From assembly GCA_034439715.1 (NCBI GenBank), contig JAWXAY010000100.1, positions 55,353 to 119,352 on the forward strand: a stretch of 64,000 nt of DNA, given 5' to 3'. Under the pieces are notes generated by a model. That model was not told the DNA's origin. It was given only the letters and a program-made list of their open reading frames with translations, and ran no database searches. The position numbers were made by a program, and so were the translations under genes. Origin of the DNA: Pseudomonadota bacterium. Its GTDB lineage: Bacteria; Bdellovibrionota; Bdellovibrionia; Bdellovibrionales; SG-bin7. Shown here in pieces: positions 9,900-20,030 of the stretch (within the stretch, counting starts at the first letter, position 1; the number at the start of each line of letters is the position of its first letter).

Positions 9900-10571
9900 A
9901 TGCAGTCAAAAGAATATTGGGATAAATACTATCAGGATTCACCTTTTCTAACCGGAAAGGCACCGCTTAAATTTTTGGTAGATATGTTCCCACGTTTGCA
10001 AAAAGGAAAGGTCTTAGACATTGGCATGGGTGAGGGTGCTAACGCCGTTTATCTGGCGCAAAAAGGCATGACAGTTAAGGGAGTGGATGTTTCGACTGTG
10101 GCCGTAGAGCGCGCCAATCAGTTGGCTCGAGATACTGGTGTGAGTATTGAGGCTAAGGCAACAGACCTTGATTTGTTTTTAATGGGGCTTATGGAGTATG
10201 ACAGCATTATTATGACTTTTTTTAAACCATCGGTTTCCCGTTACTATTCCGAAATTATTCGGGCGCTCAAGCAAGGCGGAATGCTATTGGTTCACTCTTA
10301 CATGATAGAAGAAATGAAAGTACCCATGGCGGCGGAGGACTATCGAAATTTTTATTTTCATACGAATGAATTGTTAAGAGGCCTTCAGGGCCTCCAGATA
10401 TTTTACTATAATGAAAGCGAAATTGACGGCAAATCTTGTGTGCAGTGCTTAGCTCGCAAGCCACTCGACAAGGATGCCGCTAAATATAATCTTTTTAATA
10501 TGCAGTCGGCTCAAGAAAAACCAAAATCTACTCAGCGAGATCTCGCAGAGACACTGTTTAAGAAAAAATGA
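9900..10571 (+). CDS. class I SAM-dependent methyltransferase (TehB-like)
   Basis: WDKYY, VLDIGMGEGANA, ALKQGG. Confidence 0.85.
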   Translation: MQSKEYWDKYYQDSPFLTGKAPLKFLVDMFPRLQKGKVLDIGMGEGANAVYLAQKGMTVKGVDVSTVAVERANQLARDTGVSIEAKATDLDLFLMGLMEYDSIIMTFFKPSVSRYYSEIIRALKQGGMLLVHSYMIEEMKVPMAAEDYRNFYFHTNELLRGLQGLQIFYYNESEIDGKSCVQCLARKPLDKDAAKYNLFNMQSAQEKPKSTQRDLAETLFKKK

Positions 10572-11287
10572 AACTCACTCACTGCCAAAAAAAAATTAAA
10601 AGTGTTGCCAGCCCTAGAAAGGGAATATTTCTGCAGCGTTTTTTCAAAACAGGCAAAGGTCAGTATGGCTACGGCGATAAGTTTTTGGGGATTACAGTTC
10701 CAGTAATTAGACAAATTGCTAAAGAGTTTATGGATTTAAAGTTAGATGATGTGGTGAAGTTACTAAAGTCGATTTGGCACGAAGAAAGACTTCTGGCGCT
10801 AATTATGCTAACGATGAGGTATGAACAGGCGGACCGCATGGGCCGCGTAAAAATTTATAAGACGTACTTCTCGAATCTGAGGTTTGTTAATAATTGGGAT
10901 CTCGTCGATGCCACCACCCCTAATGTAGTTGGCAGACATATGTTTGAAGTTTTGGGTTTAAAAAAATCGAGACCCCTTCTGACAAAGCTCGCGCGATCCA
11001 AAATACTATGGGAGCGCCGAATTGCCGTGCTTGCAACGTTTTATTTTTTGAGACAAAAGCATTTTGCTGAGACTCTTCGATTGGCTGATCTACTTTTAAA
11101 TGACAAAGAAGATCTAATGCACAAAGCAGTGGGTTGGATGTTGCGTGAAGTTGGCAAGCGTGACGAAAAGGTCTTAAAGGCTTTTCTCAAAAAGCGGTAC
11201 GCAAAAATGCCGCGCACGATGCTGCGTTATTCTATCGAAAAATTTTCTAAAGTATTGAGGCAAAAGTACCTCTCTGGCCTCGTCTAA
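10568..11287 (+). CDS. DNA alkylation repair enzyme (AlkD-like)
   Basis: FLGITVP, NNWDLVD, WERR, HKAVGWMLRE, MPRTMLRYSIE. Confidence 0.92.
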   Translation: MKLTHCQKKIKSVASPRKGIFLQRFFKTGKGQYGYGDKFLGITVPVIRQIAKEFMDLKLDDVVKLLKSIWHEERLLALIMLTMRYEQADRMGRVKIYKTYFSNLRFVNNWDLVDATTPNVVGRHMFEVLGLKKSRPLLTKLARSKILWERRIAVLATFYFLRQKHFAETLRLADLLLNDKEDLMHKAVGWMLREVGKRDEKVLKAFLKKRYAKMPRTMLRYSIEKFSKVLRQKYLSGLV

Positions 11288-11577
11288 AAGTATGTTTAGT
11301 GAGGAAATAGCATTTTCAAAAAGGCAGCACCTACGCCGATTGTCACAACTGGTCCACATAACAAATTAATGTAGACGAACAACATAAACGAAAAGCCTAA
11401 AATCATTCTTACAGTACTTCTCAAGGTCATGGCCGCCCCTCCATGCCCTAAATTTGCTAGGTATTGCTGCCCTAGTCAAGCTGTGCTAGCCCTCTGACCC
11501 CACAAAATATGCCATTCAAAAGAGCAGTAGGCGCAAGGCACTTGAGTAAATTTGTGAATAGGGTATTTACTCGTCAA

Positions 11578-12288
11578 ATGCTGAATCAACTCCAAATTAT
11601 CCTATCGCAACCCACTTACCCCGCTAACATTGGGGCAGTCGCACGGGCTTGCGCTAATTTTGGTGCAGAGAATCTCATTCTCGTTTCACCCAAATGTGAT
11701 ATCGATGTGAGTGACGCTCGAAAATTTGCTACATTTCACGGTAAAAAAATACTGCTTAACGCACGTGTCGAAAATAGTTTAGTCAGTGTCTTGAGCGCCT
11801 CTCGTGCCGTAGTAGGCTTTACTGCCAGAGTTGGAACCGCACGTGTGCCAACGATTGCTGTCGGTCAGATCGGCAATTTTTTAAAAGGGGGTGTTGCGAC
11901 TTCTCTTCTATTTGGAAACGAAGAAAATGGTTTAGATTCCCACGATATTTCTCTATGCACTCATGTCTGCCAGATTCCAACGGTAAGGGAGCATGGCGCA
12001 ATTAACTTAAGTCACGCTGTTGCGATAGTATTGTCTCGAGTATTTGAAGATGTCAGTGGGCTATCGCCCGAGAAAAGATTTGTCTTAGAACTTGCGAGCC
12101 AAAGTGAACTCCAAGTATTGGCTAAAAAAGTAAAGGGTCACTTTCAGATTGAAGATGAACTCTCCGCACGAATTGAACGGATGATAAAGAAGGCCAACTT
12201 TACTTCGTCAGAGGTTCGATTAATTTATTTTTTGTTAGGGAAGGCCAATGCTTTTAAAGTCTCAGAAAACACTAGTTTAAGTAGGTAA
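11578..12288 (+). CDS. trmJ: TrmJ/LasT family SPOUT RNA methyltransferase
   Basis: PANIGAVARA, FGNEENGL, INLSHAV. Confidence 0.85.
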   Translation: MLNQLQIILSQPTYPANIGAVARACANFGAENLILVSPKCDIDVSDARKFATFHGKKILLNARVENSLVSVLSASRAVVGFTARVGTARVPTIAVGQIGNFLKGGVATSLLFGNEENGLDSHDISLCTHVCQIPTVREHGAINLSHAVAIVLSRVFEDVSGLSPEKRFVLELASQSELQVLAKKVKGHFQIEDELSARIERMIKKANFTSSEVRLIYFLLGKANAFKVSENTSLSR

Positions 12289-12333
12289 TTTCGTCAATAA
12301 TAGAACGATAATGTTTAAAACCAAAGGAAATCT

Positions 12334-12744
12334 ATGAAAAATTTAATGGGTTTGATTGCCGCAAGTATTTTATTTTTAGGTTGTGCTCATCACCAAGATG
12401 TACGCCCGGGTGCTGAGGGTGTTCATCGTGTTGTTATCCAAACGGATAATGAGGACGAGGGAGAAAGAGGTGCTATCAGCCAAGCCAATCACTACTGTAA
12501 GGGACTGGGTAAATCCGCTGCGTTTATTGATGAAAATAAAAAGTACACCGGAGACATGAGCGAACAAAAATACAAAGATGGCAAAAGACTCAGTAACGTG
12601 GCCAAAGTTGCTGGTGGCGCAACCTATGTAATGGGCGGAAGACGAGAATCAAATCTCGGTGGAATAGTGGGTCTGGGTGGAGCCGTCGCCGATGCCGCTC
12701 TTGGCAAAGCTTATACTGTCGAGATGAAATTTAAGTGCATGTAA
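12334..12744 (+). CDS. lipoprotein, hypothetical
   Basis: Lipobox FLGC; glycine-zipper-like C-terminus. Confidence 0.75.
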   Translation: MKNLMGLIAASILFLGCAHHQDVRPGAEGVHRVVIQTDNEDEGERGAISQANHYCKGLGKSAAFIDENKKYTGDMSEQKYKDGKRLSNVAKVAGGATYVMGGRRESNLGGIVGLGGAVADAALGKAYTVEMKFKCM

Positions 12745-12851
12745 TATAAATAAAACCTACTACAATTATATAATTTATTAATTATATTTATAAGTAGGAT
12801 GGTTATAGAGTTCTTCTGTGAAGAGTGGTAAACCAAAACCCGGAGGTCGAA

Positions 12852-13118
12852 ATGAAACTACTGATTTTAAATATTTTTGTTACCTTAATGACGTTTGGTC
12901 AAGCGCAAGCCGCCGATGGTGATTTTCATTTAAAGGAAATTATTCCCACCGCTTACATGACAGAAGAAGATGGATTCAGATTGGCAGAAGGGGTCTTATT
13001 CAAAAAAGCCAGTCAAATTTGTGGCAAAATTATTGCGGTTAGAGTTACTGACTTTATCGCTTCAAAACCGCATCCTTTTAGTGTTAGCCTTGAGGCTGAT
13101 TTTCACTGTGGAATTTAG
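12852..13118 (+). CDS. small secreted hypothetical protein
   Basis: GGAGG RBS, signal peptide ending AQA, two Cys. Confidence 0.65.
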   Translation: MKLLILNIFVTLMTFGQAQAADGDFHLKEIIPTAYMTEEDGFRLAEGVLFKKASQICGKIIAVRVTDFIASKPHPFSVSLEADFHCGI

Positions 13119-13218
13119 CCAGTTGATTCTAAATAAAGCGAACACGACCTCACCCTAGGTCACGTCCATAACACAAACTTGTGACCCCTCCTCCTAAAAG
13201 AGGACTAAACTGTAATCT

Positions 13219-14421
13219 ATGTCAGCCGCTCTGTTTTCTCGAAAAGAAAAAAGCCTTATTGCAGTTTGCGCAGTTGTGCAATTTAGTCACATCGTCGACT
13301 TTATGGTTATCATGCCTTTGGGTCCAACGCTGATGCGTTTATTCCAAATTTCACCTGAGCAGTTTGGCCTTTTAGTATCTAGTTATACCTTTAGTGCTGC
13401 CATCAGCAGTTTCTTGGCGTCATTTTTTTTGGATAATATTGATCGCAGAAAGGCGCTTTTATTTTTCTATTTTGGTTTTGCCTTGGGTACCTTTATGTGC
13501 GCCGCTTCTCCCGGTTACTACTGGCTTTTAATCGCACGCTCGATCACGGGGATTTTTGGTGGGATTTTGACGTCGACCGTACTTTCAATAATAAGTGATA
13601 CGATAGATTACCAGAGGAGGGGAACCGCACTAGGGTTTGTCATGGGTGCATTTTCTGTAGCCTCCGTCTTTGGAGTGCCATTCGGATTGTTACTTGCGAA
13701 CCAAATAAGTTGGCATGCCCCCTTTATATTTTTGGCTACGATTTCAGTTATGGTTTGGCTGTTAGCGTTTAAAGCAATTCCAACGATGACTGCGCACCTT
13801 AAGGGTCCTCATGGTGAGCCTGCTTGGAATTCGATAATACATATTTTTAAATCTCCGCATCAGATGTGGGCTTTGGTATTTATGTTCTCATTAATTGTGG
13901 GCCACTTTACTATTATTCCATTCTTGAGTCCTTCATTTGTCGCCAACGTGGGTCTTTCTGAAAGTCACTTGGCTTTTGTCTATTTAATTGGTGGTTTGGT
14001 TTCCATGATTGCTTCTCCCACCGCTGGTAGACTTTCCGACAAATATGGCAAAAAGCCGGTGTTCGCAATTTCACTTGTTCTATCTTTGATTCCAATTTTT
14101 ATTATCACAAATCTTGGGCGTCAGCCGGAGTGGCTACTATTAATAATTACCAGTTCCTTTTTTTTGACGATGAGTGGTCGCATGGTGCCAGCAATGGCCA
14201 TGCTTTCTGCTTCCGCTACACCTAAATATCGCGGAAGTTTTATGAGTATCTCAGCTTCGTTTCAACAATTGGCCTCTGGCATTGCCAGTTTTATTGCGGG
14301 GCAATTGATCGTGAAAAGTTCTGACGGAACTTTACTTCACTATGATAAAGCGGGCTATATTGCAGTCGGTTCAAGTTTGGTAGCGCTAGTGATTGTCGGA
14401 AAACTTAGGCCTTCAGAATGA
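13219..14421 (+). CDS. MFS transporter
   Basis: About 12 TM; DFMVIMPLGP, LDNIDRR, GRLSDKYGKK. Confidence 0.9.
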   Translation: MSAALFSRKEKSLIAVCAVVQFSHIVDFMVIMPLGPTLMRLFQISPEQFGLLVSSYTFSAAISSFLASFFLDNIDRRKALLFFYFGFALGTFMCAASPGYYWLLIARSITGIFGGILTSTVLSIISDTIDYQRRGTALGFVMGAFSVASVFGVPFGLLLANQISWHAPFIFLATISVMVWLLAFKAIPTMTAHLKGPHGEPAWNSIIHIFKSPHQMWALVFMFSLIVGHFTIIPFLSPSFVANVGLSESHLAFVYLIGGLVSMIASPTAGRLSDKYGKKPVFAISLVLSLIPIFIITNLGRQPEWLLLIITSSFFLTMSGRMVPAMAMLSASATPKYRGSFMSISASFQQLASGIASFIAGQLIVKSSDGTLLHYDKAGYIAVGSSLVALVIVGKLRPSE

Positions 14422-14588
14422 TAAAAACTGTGTATTTTCAATGAGATACATGATGTGCTAGATTTTTGTTCCGATTTTAAGATGAATCTGGTACATTGCC
14501 CGACAGGTTTAACTTAGTCGCAGATACGAGTCCTTGAGCGTTTTGTTCCAGTCTCCATCGCGGCACCCCGGCCAAATAAGGAGGCATC

Positions 14589-14921
14589 ATGGGTAAAAAG
14601 CTATACGTAGGCAATCTATCATACTCACTCGATTCTGAAGGACTTCAGAATCTTTTCACTCAATACGGTAACGTTGAGTCAGCGAACGTAATCACAGATC
14701 GTGATTCTGGACGCAGCAAAGGTTTCGGTTTTGTTGAAATGTCAACAGACGAAGAAGCTAATGCAGCTATCGAAAAACTTAACGGTTCTGAAATTGAAGG
14801 ACGTAAAGTTACTGTTTCCGAAGCAAAACCCCAAGCTCCACGTACAAATCGTGCCGGTGGTGGTTTTAGCAGAGACAACAATCGCCCCAGCGGCGGCGGT
14901 TTCGGTAGAAATCGTTACTAG
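14589..14921 (+). CDS. RRM RNA-binding protein with Gly/Arg tail
   Basis: RNP2 LYVGNL and RNP1 KGFGFVEM; AGGAGG RBS. Confidence 0.95.
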   Translation: MGKKLYVGNLSYSLDSEGLQNLFTQYGNVESANVITDRDSGRSKGFGFVEMSTDEEANAAIEKLNGSEIEGRKVTVSEAKPQAPRTNRAGGGFSRDNNRPSGGGFGRNRY

Positions 14922-14960
14922 TTTTTAGTACTTTGCGCGAAATTAAAATTTTAGCAATTG

Positions 14961-14992
14961 AAAAAACCATCTTTAAAAAAGATGGTTTTTTT
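14961..14992. terminator. bidirectional Rho-independent terminator
   Basis: AAAAAACCATCTTT..AAAGATGGTTTTTTT hairpin between convergent genes. Confidence 0.8.
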
Positions 14993-15026
14993 GTATCTAC
15001 TCTGGTTTAGCACTTTAGTTTAAAAA

Positions 15027-16187
15027 TTAATGCCTGGGGTGATGGGATGAGCGAGCGCCCTTCCGCTGATGATTTCTTTCTAAGATATCACCACCTTTAA
15101 TTTTGTATTTTTGCGCGAGGCTTTGCCAGGCCTTGTAGTCGTTTGGCAATAGAAGTGTAATTGCCTCGCCACTGGCACCGGCGCGTGCGGTTCTGCCGAC
15201 ACGGTGAACGTAATCCTCATCGAACATTGGTAAATCATAATTCACAATAAGGGCGATGTCGGGTACGTCAATGCCACGTGAGGCAATGTCCGTCGCTACT
15301 AGTATACGAAATTTTCCGTCGCGAAAACCTTTTAATGCTTGGTTTCTCTGGCCCTGTGTTCGACCACCATGAAGTGCAGCAACTGAATATCCGTAGGATA
15401 AAAGATGCCTGGCTATTTTATCCGTACGTTTTTGGGTTCTGGCAAAAATGATGACTGAGCCTTTTCTAGCATTAAGCTCAATCATTAGCTGGTCATTTTT
15501 ATTTTCCATCGTAACTCTGATGGCCTTTTGGCGAATTTTATCAACTGGCTGTGATTCGGGTCCGACCGTAATTGACACTGGTTTAGCAAGATAACTTTCG
15601 GCTAACTTTCTGACCTTTGCAGGCATCGTGGCAGAGAAAAGCATAGTTTGTCGCTGTTTGGGTAAAAATTTTAGAATTTCATTAAGTTGAGGAGCAAATC
15701 CCATATCGATCATGCGGTCGCCTTCATCAAGCACCAAAAACTTAGTGTTTTTTAGCGACAAGTAACCCCGGCGCAAATGATCGTTGAGCCGCCCTGGTGT
15801 AGCCACAATGATCCGAGGTCCTCGTCGAAGAGAGTTTACTTGCCGACTCATGTCAGATCCACCAATTATTAAGGCGTGCGTAAAGCCTGGAATGAAAGAA
15901 GTCAAATCTCTGATCACATCGCCAATCTGCTGCGCCAGTTCGCGCGTGGGTGCCAAAACTAAAGCCGAGGCCTCGAGATTTTCGCTAAGACGGGTAATTA
16001 TAGGAATACAGTATGCCGCTGTTTTGCCAGAGCCCGTCTGAGCACAAGCAATAAGATCTTGATATTGAAGAGCCACGGGAATCGTTCGAGCCTGAATTTC
16101 GGTGGGCGTAATCCACTCTTGATTGCGAATGGATTTCTCGATCGGCTCCGGTAGTTTGAAATCAGAAAATTGGATCATTTGACTCAC
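15027..16187 (-). CDS. DEAD-box RNA helicase (RhlE-like, DEGD variant)
   Basis: AQTGSGKT, PTRELA, TPGRL, DEGD, SAT, HRVGRTAR. Confidence 0.92.
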   Translation of the reverse strand: MSQMIQFSDFKLPEPIEKSIRNQEWITPTEIQARTIPVALQYQDLIACAQTGSGKTAAYCIPIITRLSENLEASALVLAPTRELAQQIGDVIRDLTSFIPGFTHALIIGGSDMSRQVNSLRRGPRIIVATPGRLNDHLRRGYLSLKNTKFLVLDEGDRMIDMGFAPQLNEILKFLPKQRQTMLFSATMPAKVRKLAESYLAKPVSITVGPESQPVDKIRQKAIRVTMENKNDQLMIELNARKGSVIIFARTQKRTDKIARHLLSYGYSVAALHGGRTQGQRNQALKGFRDGKFRILVATDIASRGIDVPDIALIVNYDLPMFDEDYVHRVGRTARAGASGEAITLLLPNDYKAWQSLAQKYKIKGGDILERNHQRKGARSSHHPRH

Positions 16188-16261
16188 TCTTAACAGATTT
16201 TAAACTTCGGTGATATCAATTTTCTCAAATAACATATAGGGGGGCCCTAAGAGTAATTTCT

Positions 16262-16714
16262 TCATTTTTTACCTTTTAAGAGGGACTGAATGATTTGGTC
16301 AAGTGTAGATAAAAACTGCGAACGATTCATTTTTGTCATCGGTGCAGGACCTGTTTTGGTGTCGCCTAGATTTCGTAAGTGTGACATGAGTTCGCGCGTA
16401 CCAAGGATATCGCCAATATTTTCTTCGGTTAACTCGCGTCCTTTAGGGCCAAGTACTCGAGCTGCGCGCTTAATGGCCCGATCGGCCAGTAAAAGGTCTG
16501 ACGTCACGAGAATGTCACCAACGCCAATATTTTCTGCGATCCAGTCGTCAGCGGCATCAAACGAACCTGACACTACTTGCATTTCAATATTTGCGTCTAA
16601 AGGAATTGTCAGAGCTTTGTTGGCCACCAGCTTAACTTTTAACTTATATCGGGCCGCTACTTTATAAACTTCGTCTTTAACTGCGCAGCCATCGGCGTCG
16701 ATGTAAATAATCAT
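16262..16714 (-). CDS. YaiI/YqxD (UPF0178) family protein
   Basis: [25 protein letters not shown]. Confidence 0.9.
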   Translation of the reverse strand: MIIYIDADGCAVKDEVYKVAARYKLKVKLVANKALTIPLDANIEMQVVSGSFDAADDWIAENIGVGDILVTSDLLLADRAIKRAARVLGPKGRELTEENIGDILGTRELMSHLRNLGDTKTGPAPMTKMNRSQFLSTLDQIIQSLLKGKK

Positions 16715-16724
16715 ATTTGAAAAT

Positions 16725-17222
16725 TCAATCTTTTATCTCGTAGCGACAGGCAAGAACAAAGGTGCTGAGGCCACCCAATAAAAATAATCCGCCCATATAG
16801 CCAAAAATCGCAAAGGCCTCTTTAGCTTCGGCGCGTCCCATTTCGGGGCCGTATATTCCTGCGAACAGCCAAAGAAAAGGATAAAAGAACCCGCCGAGGG
16901 CGACAGCAAACGAAGATATTGTGACTAACCGCATGGGAGCCCTAAGGCGCTTTAGAAATAATAATAGACCCATCATCATCGCCGAAATTCCGTTGGCGTG
17001 AAAGTGAAAGCGCTGGTAATACCGCCAATTTTTATCAGCTTCGGAAGTCATTTTATCGGCACGCTTTGCGGGGTCTTCAATTTGTTGAATTTTAACGTTT
17101 TTTTCAAGACCAGATTTAATTTTATCTTTAAATATATCCTCATTAAGTCCGAACAGAATTGCAATAAACACTCCGCCAATTATTCCTAAAATCGCTAAAA
17201 GAAACGGAATCTTTCGAATCAT
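16725..17222 (-). CDS. membrane hypothetical protein
   Basis: About 4 [10 protein letters not shown] motif; AGGAG RBS before ATG at 17222. Confidence 0.7.
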   Translation of the reverse strand: MIRKIPFLLAILGIIGGVFIAILFGLNEDIFKDKIKSGLEKNVKIQQIEDPAKRADKMTSEADKNWRYYQRFHFHANGISAMMMGLLLFLKRLRAPMRLVTISSFAVALGGFFYPFLWLFAGIYGPEMGRAEAKEAFAIFGYMGGLFLLGGLSTFVLACRYEIKD

Positions 17223-17297
17223 GATTGCTCCTTGTAATAATCCATTTACTAGTATTAAACTCGACCCACATTGGCAACTCAGAAATAGCGAGGTTCT

Positions 17298-17804
17298 ATG
17301 CTTTACGAGATTACAATTCCTCAACACATAAAAATGCTTAAAAATCTATCGGCCATTCTTGACAAGAGTGCCCAATATGCAGAAGCAAAAAAGTTTGAGA
17401 TGGAGGTTTTACTTCAGGCGCGGCTCGCTCCCGATCAGTTTAATTTAGTAAAGCAGATACAGATAACCTGCGATACCGCCAAGCTCTGTGCCGCCCGTCT
17501 GACTGGCATAGACGCGCCAGTTCATCCTGACACCGAAAAAAGTCTTCCTGAGCTCCGAGCTCGAATTGCCAGTGTGGTTTCTTTTTTAGAAACTCTAACG
17601 GCTAAAGATTTTCTGGAATCAGAGGGCCGACGAATTTCCCAGCCGCGCTGGGAGGGAAAGTATCTCACTGGCGAAGAGTTTGCGTTTCAACACGCCATTC
17701 CTAATTTTTATTTTCATATGGCTACTGCATATTCGATTTTACGACATAACGGAGTCGACGTCGGAAAAAAAGACTACCTCGGTAAGATGCCTTTTAAAAG
17801 TTAG
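17298..17804 (+). CDS. DUF1993 family protein
   Basis: ARLAPDQF.L..Q, PNFYFH..TAY.ILRHNGV..GK.DY. Confidence 0.9.
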   Translation: MLYEITIPQHIKMLKNLSAILDKSAQYAEAKKFEMEVLLQARLAPDQFNLVKQIQITCDTAKLCAARLTGIDAPVHPDTEKSLPELRARIASVVSFLETLTAKDFLESEGRRISQPRWEGKYLTGEEFAFQHAIPNFYFHMATAYSILRHNGVDVGKKDYLGKMPFKS

Positions 17805-18624
17805 AAAAGTTAGAAAAATATTTTTCGATTTGCGTATCAAATTTTGCCTGTTGTTCTATTTTGCAGTCGTAGGGGTAGCGAGCATTTGAGCGCTGCCACC
17901 TATCATACCATGGTTTATCTAGGGGTGATTTCAACATCGAAATATCAGTAGCTGCTTCAGTGGTCTGAGTTTTTAGTCCCGTAGATTTACCATATCCAAC
18001 AAAAAACCCGGCATTAATGAGTGCGACCCGGACGCGTGTGGCTTGACTGTATGTATATAGCGATGTGCCTCCGTCCTTCAACTCGCGAGATATCCTGCGA
18101 ATTTTTTCAAAACACTTGCTGGTCCACATCTCTTGATTCACATTTGGAGAATAGGGATCAAAGAAAATAAGGTGAGGTCTTTGAACTTCAGTAGCGATGG
18201 TTTCTAAAAATTCACCTTGGCGAAGTTCCCAAAATACTTTCTGGTTAGACCAATAGCCTTGAGTTAAGATTGCCTCAATAGCTCCCTCAAATCCCCTGAA
18301 GTGTTCAAACTTTGCTGTATGATAATGGGCAAACTTGAGAAGTTCTAAATCTCTTTCAAAACTTATGAGTCGGAGAGCACGAGTTCTAGCGCAAGATATA
18401 GCAGCAAGAGCGTTAGCCGCAGCACCTAGGCCAACATCAAATACTACTAATTCTTCAGTGGCAGATTCAGTTAAGCGCTGCTTGAGGTTAGATTGATCTA
18501 TGTAAAGTGCGTTGGCCTCAATCCAGGGGCCGACGGGATTGTGCATGATTTCGTTTACTTCGATGTTACGAATAGAAATCGCTCCAGTGGTAGTTGTTAC
18601 AATTTCAAATTTAGGATTGTCCAA
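17794..18624 (-). CDS. MnmC/MnmD-type tRNA methyltransferase domain protein (stand-alone)
   Basis: E.MH...G...EA..LY, DVGLGAAAN, FFDPYSP..N.EMW, TYS. Confidence 0.8.
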   Translation of the reverse strand: MDNPKFEIVTTTTGAISIRNIEVNEIMHNPVGPWIEANALYIDQSNLKQRLTESATEELVVFDVGLGAAANALAAISCARTRALRLISFERDLELLKFAHYHTAKFEHFRGFEGAIEAILTQGYWSNQKVFWELRQGEFLETIATEVQRPHLIFFDPYSPNVNQEMWTSKCFEKIRRISRELKDGGTSLYTYSQATRVRVALINAGFFVGYGKSTGLKTQTTEAATDISMLKSPLDKPWYDRWQRSNARYPYDCKIEQQAKFDTQIEKYFSNFSNF

Positions 18625-18723
18625 GTGAATTTACCTCGAGCTTGGTCATACCACGTAAGAGCCGTTTGTAGAAAGTAAAACTCCCTTGCCAACTGCCGTC
18701 AGTTGATGCAAAAAGTCCTTTCT

Positions 18724-19884
18724 ATGTCAAAGCTGAAAATCAAGCTGTCAAAGAGTCTTCGTAAGACCATCATGCGTGGCCACCCATGGGTTTATAAAGA
18801 AGCGATTTTGCAACCAGGAATGGTTGAGCGAGCGCAACTTTGCGAAGTTGCAGATCCTAAGGGCGAGTTTGCCTGGGCAATTTTTGATCCTCATGGCCCG
18901 CTTTCTCTTCGTATTTTGAGTACGGCAAAAGCGGCGCCCACAAATATATTTTTTGAAAAACGGTTTGTGCGCGCCTTTAATATTAGAAATAGCGTGAGGG
19001 CAGAGCACACTAATTCTTATCGTTTATTTAATGGTGAGGGAGATCTTTTGCCGGGACTTGTTTGTGATATTTATGGACCGGTAGCAGTTTTACAGTTTGA
19101 CGGACAGGGTCCTAGCGAGTTTTGGGATAAAAAGTTTGTGGCCGACTGGTTGCTCAGTCGTTCGGGATGTCAAACAGTGATTGAAAAAACTCGGCGGAAT
19201 ACGGAACGAACGACGGAACATATTGCAGGCGATTCGACTGAGAATGAAGTGCTGATCAAAGAAAATGGCGTTCATTTTAAAGTGAATATCGAAAAGGGTC
19301 AAAAGACCGGATTTTTTTTAGATCAAAGAGAGAATCGAAACCACATACGTCATTTGTGTGCCGGTAAAAGTGTGTTAAATCTTTTTAGTTATACCGGTGG
19401 TTTTTCTGTTTACGCAGGTCTTGGCGGCGCAAAACGAGTGGCAAGCCTTGATGTATCACGTGGTGCCATCAATATGGCAGAAGAAAACTGGGCGCTTAAT
19501 GGACTTGATAAATCTAAACACACAGGTCTTTGCGTTGATGTCTTTGAGTATTTAAATGGCCCACGTGAAATGTGGGACCACATTATTGTGGACCCGCCCT
19601 CGATGGGTCATGCCGAAAATCAAAGGGAAATGGCAAAATTAAAATATGTCGAACTTTTTGCGGCGGCGGCACAACGGGTAAATTCGGGAGGTGCGCTAAG
19701 TTTAAGTTCTTGCTCCAGCCATGTTTCATTTAATGATTTTTTTGAAATAGTTGATGAGGCCCTTTCAAATTCGCGAAGAACGGGGCAGATCCTGCGAGTG
19801 TCGGGTCAGGGCATTGATCATCCCTTTCCCCATGCCTGTCACGAACTTAGGTATTTAAAGTTCGTGCATTTAGTGCTTGATTAG
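18724..19884 (+). CDS. rlmI: RlmI-like rRNA m5C methyltransferase
   Basis: GHPWVY, GEGDLLPGL, GQKTGFFLDQR, LNLFSYTGGF, DPP, SSCS. Confidence 0.85.
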   Translation: MSKLKIKLSKSLRKTIMRGHPWVYKEAILQPGMVERAQLCEVADPKGEFAWAIFDPHGPLSLRILSTAKAAPTNIFFEKRFVRAFNIRNSVRAEHTNSYRLFNGEGDLLPGLVCDIYGPVAVLQFDGQGPSEFWDKKFVADWLLSRSGCQTVIEKTRRNTERTTEHIAGDSTENEVLIKENGVHFKVNIEKGQKTGFFLDQRENRNHIRHLCAGKSVLNLFSYTGGFSVYAGLGGAKRVASLDVSRGAINMAEENWALNGLDKSKHTGLCVDVFEYLNGPREMWDHIIVDPPSMGHAENQREMAKLKYVELFAAAAQRVNSGGALSLSSCSSHVSFNDFFEIVDEALSNSRRTGQILRVSGQGIDHPFPHACHELRYLKFVHLVLD

Positions 19885-20030
19885 AGTTTGCAGTCTTAAG
19901 AAAGCACCGACGGCAAACAAAGTTGCTGCTACATTACGCCCACTCTTTCGCAGTGCTTCTTTAAAAAGAAACTGGTACCTTAGAGGCAAATTCACTATTC
20001 TTTTTTTAGAGATACCTAAGGGATTTTAAA

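Noticed and set aside
12755..12798. AT-rich imperfect inverted repeat (CCTACT...AGTAGG)
   Set aside because: Low complexity; cannot tell a terminator or operator from chance
14490..14580. Structured leader or riboswitch upstream of the RRM gene
   Set aside because: No recognisable family motif; would need a covariance search
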